A stretch of DNA of 64,000 nucleotides from a virus: positions 1 to 64,000 of IMG/VR virus record IMGVR_UViG_3300014613_000018. One strand, given 5' to 3'. Positions 38,118-46,950 of the stretch are shown here, one piece after another. The notes beneath the pieces were generated by a model. The model ran no database searches. It was not told the origin of the DNA and worked only from the letters and a program-made list of their open reading frames with translations. The translations under genes were made by a program, and so were the position numbers. Each line of letters opens with the position of its first letter. Position 1 is the stretch's first letter.

Positions 38118-38657
38118 ATGTTACTTAATATACTTTTAGCTACAAGTGCAATATTACTATTAAACAGTGAGTTTGTTGATAATTCTAATGTGGTGTATGA
38201 CACTCTAATGATTAAAGACAGTAATTATAATAACTATTTATACATTTCTGAAACTAATTATTATAAAATTACAGGGAATACTTATGAGATAATTCCTGCT
38301 AATGAAGATTCTCTAATTTTTACACTTACTAATCCAATAGGAGATGAAGAGTTAGAACCTTATACTGGTGATATAATACTTGATCCTAATTTTGTAAGAA
38401 GAGTAAATGAGCAAGGTGATACCATATATGTTTCATTTAGTGAGGCTGGAGAAGATTTTGATTTTTCAATAGTAGAGACACCAATTATTACTGAGAGAGA
38501 AGATAATCTATTTGTGTGGATAGAGGAAGATGGAACAATGTTTCCTTATCCTACAGAACCTTATTCTCCACCGGTATCATTTAGTACAATCTTAATTGTC
38601 TGTTTTGGAGTGTGTATTATTGGACTATTAGGTGTGATTTTATGGAAGGTAAGATAA
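38118..38657 (+). CDS. Acidic exported protein with C-terminal membrane anchor
   Basis: Hydrophobic N-terminus; C-terminal TM helix plus WKVR. Confidence 0.65.
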   Translation: MLLNILLATSAILLLNSEFVDNSNVVYDTLMIKDSNYNNYLYISETNYYKITGNTYEIIPANEDSLIFTLTNPIGDEELEPYTGDIILDPNFVRRVNEQGDTIYVSFSEAGEDFDFSIVETPIITEREDNLFVWIEEDGTMFPYPTEPYSPPVSFSTILIVCFGVCIIGLLGVILWKVR

Positions 38658-39004
38658 TGAAAGGATTTGTTATTTGCAGTGTGCGAGGCCAATCAGAGGA
38701 ATATAGAGTTAAACTTGAACTGTTTGTGTCCAACAAAGAAACTCATGGTTGGGTTATCCATTTGCCTCACAGAGATACAGATCAAAAGGCTAAAGGTTAT
38801 GATATTTGTAAGCAAAATGCCGAAGCTATTAAAAACGCAGATAAAGTGTTTGTGTTTTATAATCCTGAGTCACAAGGAACTCATTTTGATTTAGGAGTGG
38901 CTTTTGCTTTGAATAAACCTATTGAAATTATTGAGTCAGTTGAATATGGAGAAGAAAAGTCTTATCCTAGAATGCTGCAAGAATGGGTAGACACTTTTGA
39001 ATAA
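38657..39004 (+). CDS. Nucleoside 2-deoxyribosyltransferase-like (NDT fold) protein
   Basis: LPHRD...IC..N..AI..AD.V....SQGTHFDLGVAFALNKPI. Confidence 0.7.
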   Translation: MKGFVICSVRGQSEEYRVKLELFVSNKETHGWVIHLPHRDTDQKAKGYDICKQNAEAIKNADKVFVFYNPESQGTHFDLGVAFALNKPIEIIESVEYGEEKSYPRMLQEWVDTFE

Positions 39005-39989
39005 AATTCTTCTTATTGACGCAGATTCTACAATTCCTAATTTAGCATTAATGAAATTATCGGCTTATTACAGAGCTAAAGGATATATGATAGATTTGAT
39101 GAAATTGAATTTACCTTATTATCCCAATAAGAAAAAGAGACATCACGCTATTTCTAACTTAGGTTATGATAAAATATTCTGTAGTGTTATTTTTGAAGGA
39201 AACTTACCCTATATTCATGGTGACAACATTATATTTGGAGGTACTGGTGTAGACTTAACGACAGAGCTAGAACCTGAAATAGAGAACTTACAACCTGATT
39301 ATACTATTTATCCTGAAAATGATACTTCCTATGGCTTTATTACAAGGGGATGTATTAGGAATTGTTATTTTTGTAAAGTACCTAAAAAGGAAGGCCATAT
39401 TAGACAAGTTAATAAACCTACAGACATTATTCAACATAAAAAAGTTAAGTTCATGGATAATAATATTCTTGCACTTCCCAATCACTGCGAGATACTAGAA
39501 GAATTGGCATATTTAAAAGTTAATTGCCAGTTTAATCAAGGGCTAGATATAAGGCTGTTAACTAAAGAAAGCTCTGAATTATTATCTGCGATGAATTATC
39601 TTGGGGGTAGATATACTTTTGCGTTTGATGATAGAAAGCATATTAAAATAATAGAAAAACAAATGCAGCTATTATCTTGGAGGAGGCCATGGGAGATTAG
39701 GTTGTTTTGTTATATTCATCCTACAATGCCTATTGAGGATACCTTGTTTCGCTTAGACTGGATGAAGAAAAATAAGTGTTTACCTTATGTTATGCGAGAT
39801 ATTAGTTGTTGGGATTCGGAATACTCTCATTTTTATATCAGTCTTGCCAACTGGTGCAATCATGTACATTTATGGACTTCAATGCCTTTTGAAGACTTTG
39901 TAATTAAGAAAAATCCTCAGTTAAAGCATACTGAAAGAAATAAACAAGAAATAGAAATTTATAACACAGCACTAAAGGCCATTAGTTAG
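38997..39989 (+). CDS. Radical SAM protein
   Basis: TRGCIRNCYFC CxxxCxxC; PNLALMKLS, DNNIL, FNQGLDIRL. Confidence 0.9.
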   Translation: MNKILLIDADSTIPNLALMKLSAYYRAKGYMIDLMKLNLPYYPNKKKRHHAISNLGYDKIFCSVIFEGNLPYIHGDNIIFGGTGVDLTTELEPEIENLQPDYTIYPENDTSYGFITRGCIRNCYFCKVPKKEGHIRQVNKPTDIIQHKKVKFMDNNILALPNHCEILEELAYLKVNCQFNQGLDIRLLTKESSELLSAMNYLGGRYTFAFDDRKHIKIIEKQMQLLSWRRPWEIRLFCYIHPTMPIEDTLFRLDWMKKNKCLPYVMRDISCWDSEYSHFYISLANWCNHVHLWTSMPFEDFVIKKNPQLKHTERNKQEIEIYNTALKAIS

Positions 39990-39997
39990 GAGCAATA

Positions 39998-40306
39998 ATG
40001 TCTGATTGGAAAGAACGCTCAATTAAAAAGAAGGATTATCGTAGAGGCGGATTAGAGCCTGATCCTCCTAGAAGTAAAAGTAAGAATAAAGCACCTAAAA
40101 TTTATCGAGTAGAGTATAAGTACAATAAACCTTTGTTTGGTAAAGATGACTGGTGGGGTTTTAGTACATACAGGGATTTACAGTTAGCATTAGATAGAAT
40201 TGAAAAGTTAAAGAGAGATATGAGACAATTTGAATGCTCATTATACAAGTCATTTAGAATTGTTAATAAAAAGACTAAAATAGTAGAATATTTGGAGGAA
40301 AGTTAG
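39998..40306 (+). CDS. Basic hypothetical protein
   Basis: AGGAG RBS. Confidence 0.6.
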   Translation: MSDWKERSIKKKDYRRGGLEPDPPRSKSKNKAPKIYRVEYKYNKPLFGKDDWWGFSTYRDLQLALDRIEKLKRDMRQFECSLYKSFRIVNKKTKIVEYLEES

Positions 40307-40308
40307 CG

Positions 40309-41421
40309 GTGAGTTTAGAAACATTTAACCCTCTATCTGTTAGTAGTAAGTTTGCTATTTGTGGCCTTCCTATTCGAGTAGATACTTATAAAACTTGCTC
40401 CTTTGGGTGTAAGTATTGTTTTGCTAACTATCGAAAAGTAATGCACACTGCTGATGAATTACAAGTAGCAAACTTAATGAGTCTGAAAAATAAATTAATT
40501 AAAGTTTATGATAAAAAGCAAATTAATCCTAATAATTTCTTAGATTTTTTATTGACAGAGAATATTACTTGGCATTGTGGTGGGATGTCAGATCCATTTC
40601 AACATGCAGAAAAAGAACTTAAAATTACATCTAAAATGCTTGAAATTACCAATGACTTTGACATATCCATTCTTTTTTCTACAAAAACGGATACTACTTA
40701 TGATTATACTCACCTAGAATCTGATTTGCATTCTTTTCAACTAAGTGTTACTTCTGCAACTACTAATACTGAGTTAGAACCTAATGTGCCTGCTCTTGAA
40801 AAAAGAATCCAGTTTTTTCAAGAACTGAAAGATAAAGGGTTTGCTGTAGGTATTAGAATCCAGCCTTTTATTCCAAGTGTTTCTAATGCTAATATAGTAG
40901 ATTTATTTAAGGAAGCGGATTATTTTTCTATTGAAGGATTAAAACTCGTGCCTCAAAATAAAGAGCAAAAACAATTTTTACTAAATACTTTGAATCTTAA
41001 ATCTACTGATTTTATTCAAAGAGGATTACTGAATCTTTGTCCAGAATTAAGGTGGACTCTTTATCAAGATTTAATTGAAAGACTACAGCATTACAATATA
41101 CCATATTCTTTAGCAGATAATGATTTGCACCATATATCCTCTAGTAAGTGTTGTTGCGGAGAGCCTTTAATTAAAAAATCAACTGAGTTCAATAATACTG
41201 CTTTATTTAAAAAATATGGCAAGTATTACACTATAGATGAAGTAAATAAGGCAATAGGAGCTTGTAAAAAGTGCAAAGTTGCATCCTTGTTTGCTTCTAA
41301 TAGGCAGGAAGAGGGAGTTACAGTTCAAGACTTTTTTAATTTAAGATTTAGTAGAAAATCTTCTCCCTTTTCTCCAAAATTTATGTTCTATCCTCAACCT
41401 AAATTGAACTTATTTAATTAA
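40309..41421 (+). CDS. Radical SAM protein, spore-photoproduct-lyase (SplB)-like
   Basis: DTYKTCSFGCKYCFA, GGMSDPFQ, STK, LEPNVP, RIQPFIP, CCCG. Confidence 0.85.
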   Translation: MSLETFNPLSVSSKFAICGLPIRVDTYKTCSFGCKYCFANYRKVMHTADELQVANLMSLKNKLIKVYDKKQINPNNFLDFLLTENITWHCGGMSDPFQHAEKELKITSKMLEITNDFDISILFSTKTDTTYDYTHLESDLHSFQLSVTSATTNTELEPNVPALEKRIQFFQELKDKGFAVGIRIQPFIPSVSNANIVDLFKEADYFSIEGLKLVPQNKEQKQFLLNTLNLKSTDFIQRGLLNLCPELRWTLYQDLIERLQHYNIPYSLADNDLHHISSSKCCCGEPLIKKSTEFNNTALFKKYGKYYTIDEVNKAIGACKKCKVASLFASNRQEEGVTVQDFFNLRFSRKSSPFSPKFMFYPQPKLNLFN

Positions 41422-41437
41422 AATTAGAAGGAGAGAA

Positions 41438-41881
41438 ATGAGGAAGAAAATGAATAAAAAGGTACAAGTAATAGATAATTTTGAGTTAAGTAGTGTATCT
41501 TTTACAGAGTTTGGGGTTGAAGTTGATGGAGTAGTTTTAGATCACCACTTTGAAGATGCTCCTGTAGCTACTGCAAAGTATAAGGAATTAGGAAATAGTC
41601 TTGTAGGCAGCATTGCTGCTAACTGTGAGTATGTTGGATCAAGTGATTTACCTCCTTGTGCTGGTGTGGATATGACTCAATTTGAAGATGATAAGTTTAG
41701 ATTAATAGAATATGATTGGAAAGATAATGTTCCTTACATGGTTATAGAAAGTGTAAGAACAAAGCAACGAATTAGACTAGAAAATTGTTATCCTATTAAA
41801 TATAGTGTTAAAAATCAAAATGAGTTACCTAAAGGAATTAAAATTGAATATTTACCTTTGGAGGAAGAAAATGAAGTTTAA
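41438..41881 (+). CDS. Hypothetical protein
   Basis: AGGAG RBS. Confidence 0.6.
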   Translation: MRKKMNKKVQVIDNFELSSVSFTEFGVEVDGVVLDHHFEDAPVATAKYKELGNSLVGSIAANCEYVGSSDLPPCAGVDMTQFEDDKFRLIEYDWKDNVPYMVIESVRTKQRIRLENCYPIKYSVKNQNELPKGIKIEYLPLEEENEV

Positions 41882-42065
41882 TCCGATTGAAATTACTTGG
41901 GAAAAACACTGGAAGCAAATAGGAATCCTTAATTTTCAGTTTAATGAGACTGGTACTAGACACTTGTTAGCATTTAGGTTTTCTAAGGGTGTTATAGATA
42001 TTAATGGTAATGAAAAGTGGTCACTTATTATTGCATTTTTGTTTAACTGGTGGTGCAGATTCTAA
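41871..42065 (+). CDS. Hypothetical protein
   Basis: GGAGG RBS, ATG at 41871. Confidence 0.5.
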   Translation: MKFNPIEITWEKHWKQIGILNFQFNETGTRHLLAFRFSKGVIDINGNEKWSLIIAFLFNWWCRF

Positions 42066-42196
42066 TGATAGATTACTTTAATTCTGTAAGATAATCTATA
42101 CTGTTTATCTTACAACACAATCATTGTAACTTCTAATTATTTTACAACTTAAACCTTGTTACTCATCTTGGGTACTTGACTAACCATACAGTTTAC

Positions 42197-42229
42197 TTGG
42201 ATAATTCAGTTAGCGTGTAAATTGACCTT
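42197..42229. repeat. Bipartite repeat TTGGATAATT-N14-ATTGACCTT, copy 1
   Basis: Second copy at 43082-43114. Confidence 0.8.
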
Positions 42230-42239
42230 AATGCAAAGA

Positions 42240-42269
42240 AAAAGGATAGGTATATATACCTATCCTTTT
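42240..42269. terminator. Bidirectional terminator
   Basis: AAAAGGATAGGTAT/ATACCTATCCTTTT perfect stem between convergent genes. Confidence 0.8.
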
Positions 42270-42287
42270 AACTACTTCATACTTTTA

Positions 42288-42845
42288 TTATAGGTAAGGT
42301 CTATTCAATATCTCTATAGCTTCCTCAACATTCTTTTCACTCAGTCCAGTTTTACCATTAACATGAACTAATCTATCCATTAAGTGTTCCATATCACTAT
42401 CATCATCTAGGATGACAAAGCTATCAATAGGCTTAGGAGGATAGCTATCTTCTTTTCTAGCTTCAACCAGTTCTTCCCAATCATCTAGCCACTGTTGGAT
42501 TTCTAGTCCTCTAGGTTTCCATAGTTTAGGTGTAGAAGGCAATTCAAAACATATTCTAGCAGGTAAATCAAATCCACCACAGGCATACAGCATTGATTCC
42601 CAAACATAAGGATCTGCACCATTATGTCGCCATGTAGAACTAATTACAATTTCAGTATCAGGAAAAGCATTGTTAATTCTAAGTAATCTTTCAGTTAATT
42701 CCGGTCTAGGACAGAATGCTTCAGCAAAAGTATGGAAGCCTCTCTTATCACCTTTTTCTTTCATTTTAGTGTGGTGTTCTACATCTCCATTATTTAGTAC
42801 ACCATCAATGTCTAGGAAGATTATTTTCATTTTTAAACCTTTCAT
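42288..42845 (-). CDS. HAD-superfamily phosphatase, Swiss-army-knife RNA-repair type
   Basis: FLDIDGVLN, VISSTWR, RGLEI..WL, FVILDD. Confidence 0.85.
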   Translation of the reverse strand: MKGLKMKIIFLDIDGVLNNGDVEHHTKMKEKGDKRGFHTFAEAFCPRPELTERLLRINNAFPDTEIVISSTWRHNGADPYVWESMLYACGGFDLPARICFELPSTPKLWKPRGLEIQQWLDDWEELVEARKEDSYPPKPIDSFVILDDDSDMEHLMDRLVHVNGKTGLSEKNVEEAIEILNRPYL

Positions 42846-42993
42846 CTATTCTACCTTTAGCAATTCCCATTTGATACTCCATATCCAACAGAGCTTGTAG
42901 GCAGCTATTTTTCCATTCCTTACCTTGACTGTCCACAGTAGTAAGCTCATTTACTAATTCTTCATAACTCAAGTCCTTAACTTCTTTTGACAT
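42805..42993 (-). CDS. Small hypothetical protein
   Basis: GAAAGGAAAATTGAAATG leader; promoter TTGACA-N17-TATAAT at 43063-43035. Confidence 0.65.
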   Translation of the reverse strand: MSKEVKDLSYEELVNELTTVDSQGKEWKNSCLQALLDMEYQMGIAKGRIDERFKNENNLPRH

Positions 42994-43081
42994 TTCAATT
43001 TTCCTTTCTATTTAGTTTACAAGACTACCTTACTATTATAACCTTTCAGCTACATATTGTCAACCCTACAGACCAGTAAGA

Positions 43082-43114
43082 TTGGATAATTTAGGTTACT
43101 CTCGTATTGACCTT
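43082..43114. repeat. Bipartite repeat TTGGATAATT-N14-ATTGACCTT, copy 2
   Basis: First copy at 42197-42229. Confidence 0.8.
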
Positions 43115-43133
43115 TCATGGTAAATCCTTACAC

Positions 43134-43162
43134 TTGACAATCACTATTTTGAATTGTATATT
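43134..43162 (+). promoter_or_regulatory. sigma70 promoter, probable leaderless mRNA
   Basis: TTGACA-N17-TATATT with ATG 5 nt later. Confidence 0.7.
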
Positions 43163-43167
43163 CTAGT

Positions 43168-43892
43168 ATGAAAACTTATGTTTGTGTAAATAGCTGGGCT
43201 GGTAGAAGAGAATATTCTTGTAGTATTTTACTGGAGTTAAAGAAGTCCTATAGAATCCAGCTTTTAGAGGAAGGCTTACTAGGAAACAAACACCATTGTA
43301 AAGATGACATTTTTCTAGTACCTAAATGGTCAATTAAATTTAAGGAGTGATATGAATGATTTTTACAATGAAGACTGGAGACAAGAGATACTAGGTGTCT
43401 TTGCCCCTAATGAAAGAGAAAGATTTCTGTTTGAATTAGCAGAAGAGTACCATTATGAAACTGAAAGATTTGACAGAATGATTTGTCAGCATAGTAAAGA
43501 TGGAATTGCTATGCCTATTACAAGTGTAGAATTTAAACTCTGTTCAGATAGAGCTTATGAGATAAAAAAGAACCTATTAGAAAAAGGAAAATTTAGTAAA
43601 CATCAAATTACCCCTAAAGAATTTATGAGAGCAATTAATGAACCTTGTTGGTGTAGAGGAGGAATACAAAAATTAATGGACAGAAAGGATAATGATGAAA
43701 CCATATAAAGAAGTACTACAAGACAATCTTAATGAGGCTAATAATCTCTATGAAGAACGTGAAGAGATTTGGAGACAACTACAAGCAGTGGATTTAAATG
43801 TGAGAGCGGTTTTATCACAATTACTATACACACTACATGATAGAGGAATACTAGATTTTGAAACTATTAAGAATGACATTTTATATTTTTAA
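43168..43892 (+). CDS. Three hypothetical ORFs (43168..43350, 43352..43708, 43692..43892)
   Basis: Coupled ORFs downstream of promoter. Confidence 0.6.
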
Positions 43893-43906
43893 GAAGGGAT
43901 AATTAA

Positions 43907-44644
43907 ATGAACTTATTTAATAAGACCTTTCCAAACAAACCTGTTGTAATTGGAATGGTACATCTTTTCGGAGATTACGAAGAAGATATTTTAGAAAGAG
44001 CAAAGAGGGAAATTGATATTTACATCGCCCACGATGTAATTCCACTTGTAGAAAACTACGGCCCTCGCTCTACAGACACCAGTGTTATGCTTGCTCTAAG
44101 TTATCTTAATACTTATTATCCTACCTTTAATTATGGTGTTAACTTTTTAGGTGATTGGAGTGTCAGCAGAAGTCTAGCTAATATCTTTAATGCTACTTTT
44201 ATTCAAATAGACTCAGTAGTAGGGCATCTTCCTTCTATCAAAGAAATATCCTTTTTAGCAGACCTCCATTTAGTTAGAAACAATTATTCTAACTTTGCTG
44301 TTCTTGGAGGTGTAAGATTTAAGTATCAACGTTTATGCTCTAAAAGAACTTTACAAGAAGACCTCACTATTGGTAGTCAATTTACAGATGCTATTGTAGT
44401 TACCGGAGAAGGAACTAATATTGAAACACCCAAAAGCAAAGTTCTTGAGTTTAGAGAAACCTTATCTAGCTTTCCTTTAATTGTAGGTGCAGGAGTCACT
44501 ATCAATAACTTACCTAATTATATCAATCATGCCGAAGGATATATCATAGGTTCCTGGTTCAAAGACTTTCATAAAACAGATGAAGAACTTAATCCTGATT
44601 ATGTTGAATCCTTCATGGAAAAACTAAATGAATTGAAAGGATAA
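43907..44644 (+). CDS. BtpA/SgcQ-family TIM-barrel protein
   Basis: VIGMVHL, ENY, GVNFL, GGVRFKYQ, DAIVVTGEGT..ETP, PLIVGAGVT, IGSWFK. Confidence 0.85.
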   Translation: MNLFNKTFPNKPVVIGMVHLFGDYEEDILERAKREIDIYIAHDVIPLVENYGPRSTDTSVMLALSYLNTYYPTFNYGVNFLGDWSVSRSLANIFNATFIQIDSVVGHLPSIKEISFLADLHLVRNNYSNFAVLGGVRFKYQRLCSKRTLQEDLTIGSQFTDAIVVTGEGTNIETPKSKVLEFRETLSSFPLIVGAGVTINNLPNYINHAEGYIIGSWFKDFHKTDEELNPDYVESFMEKLNELKG

Positions 44645-44648
44645 CTAA

Positions 44649-45370
44649 ATGTCAGCAAATACTCCTAAAGATATAAGAAAAATAGAACAAGAACAATTCT
44701 ATAATTATGTAGGTAGTAAACCTGTTAATCTATGGAAACAAAGAAAACAACTTCAGTCACAGCTAAAGAAAATTGAAACTACTCTAATAGAACAAGCTCC
44801 TGTTAAAGTCGGAGATGTTCTTTTAGGAGTTAAGCCTCCGCATTCGTCTCAGTATCTATTCGTTGCAGATATTTATCTTAAAGACGGCACTTACTCATTT
44901 GGTTTAATTCAAATTAGTTTAATCAATGAATTTGCAGATGAAAATGTGTCTATTTATACTTCACCTCTTTACTGCGTATGGCATGGCCTTGATTTAGCTT
45001 CTTATGATTCTTATACTAAAATAGGTTACATTAAAAAAGATAAATTTATTCATTACGATATTCCCACTGAATTAGGTAAAATAAGATGACTAAGGATAAA
45101 GAACTTTATAACTTAGAAAGAAGATATGTAGGAAAAGAAGTTTGGTTTTATGCAACAGATGTAATGAGCAAACATAGATTTTCAGATGGTAGTTGCCCCA
45201 AACAAGGCCCTTTTAAGGGTTTCTGTGATGGATTACATACTGCTGAGTATTTTTCTTATGCTGAGAGTAGGACTAAGTTGTGCTTTAATGGGTTTGCTTT
45301 TATTATTCCAGAAGAAAACCTCAATGTAGTACTAAATATTTGTTTGAAAGATGTTTTTATCAGAAAATAA
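44649..45370 (+). CDS. Two hypothetical ORFs (44649..45089, 45086..45370)
   Basis: GAAAGGA RBS; ATGA overlap. Confidence 0.6.
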
Positions 45371-46910
45371 CACTTACAACGATTTTATAAATTTAAGTTC
45401 ATCATTTACACCATTTCAAATTTCAATTTTCAATTTTTCCATTTGTGTCTATACAGTATCAAACTTGAGATAATTCAACCAAGGGATTCAAAAACTCTAA
45501 AATGAGCTAAGGGTTTTTAACCAATCTCTGTAACTACTTCTAATTTGAAACAATTATTAACCATTATTTGTTTCAACACCTCACTTTTCTTCCAAGTTTA
45601 CTAATTTTTATATCATATATTTTTTTCAGTTTCAATTCTAATTTCAATTATTCAAATTCCACATTTATATTCTTATCCCCTACCCCCATATGTTACACTC
45701 AGGCATCACATACTCATTTGTTATGCTAGAACATGTGTTTTTAACATGTAAGACCAATCTTAAACCTATTATCTAGATTACTATTATAGAAGAGTACTCA
45801 CAACTGTAAAAGGTCAGTATAAGGTTAAATCAATGTACTTGTAATGGTAAGTGTGTAAATAAGCACTCATTAATATTACTTGGTTTACCATTTTCTAAAA
45901 TTATAAAATATAGTATAGATGTCTGTAAGGGCTTGTCCGGCCTGTTTCCTTGCTATTGTCGTTTTATTGCTAACGTAACCATAATAAACTCCCCCTTACA
46001 TACCACATACTAACACAAACAATATAATAAACTGTACTTTAAATAGTGTCATTAAACTAATACCACAGGGCTAATAAATTGCTGTTCAATCTTGAAAGCT
46101 GATTTTCTAAGGTTATTTTATTAGTCAATTGCAATGTATAGTACTCGGGTATTTTAGATATTCACAGGGTATAATTTAGTGTATGTTCAATTGTTCTGTA
46201 ATGATCCGAGAACACAGGAGGATATTTAGTAAAAATTATATACTAGTTTATGGTGAAATATTGGAATAAAATAGTGTTAACCATAATTCCCAGAGTATGC
46301 CGTATATTAACAATTATAAATATATATTAATGTGACACACAGCTTTACATAATACACATTATCGGACACCGTTTCACGAAACTATAAGATACCCCTTAAA
46401 AGCATATAAGCATATGAGTGTATATTCATATAGAAATTTTTAAATATAGGGGTACTTTGCCCTAAATTCTCAAGCTAATAAACTACCATATTACATTATC
46501 TATGGATTATCTCATAATTGTACTATCATAATAATTGACTGTATTATACTACTAGTACAAAAGTGCATATTATAAATTCCTTACAGTCAAGTATAGATTA
46601 CATAATGTCGCGTTTACTTTACATTATGTTGTAAATATGCAACATATAGATATAAGTATACAATGGTTTGCAGTATTGTATATTGAATAGTTTATACTAG
46701 CATGAATAGGTATGGTAGGTTGAAAAATAATGGCTTGTAATAGGTCAAGGATTGAATAACTATATAAGGGTAATAGTAAGTATCCACTAATATAGATAAT
46801 GGCTAGAATTGGCTTAAAATAGGCTTAAATTGGAATATGCTATATACTATACAATAATGATAATAAAAATATAATAGTATAGAAACGTTTCAAGAAACTG
46901 AATGAAGTAT
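45371..46910. other. Long AT-rich non-coding region between convergent gene blocks
   Basis: No ORF of 60 aa or more in six frames over about 1.55 kb. Confidence 0.8.
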
Positions 46911-46911
46911 A

Positions 46912-46945
46912 AGAAAAAAGGGAATATTGATGATATATTCCCTTT
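46912..46945 (-). terminator. Intrinsic terminator
   Basis: AAAGGGAATAT/ATATTCCCTTT stem with T-tract on minus strand. Confidence 0.75.
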
Positions 46946-46950
46946 AATGA

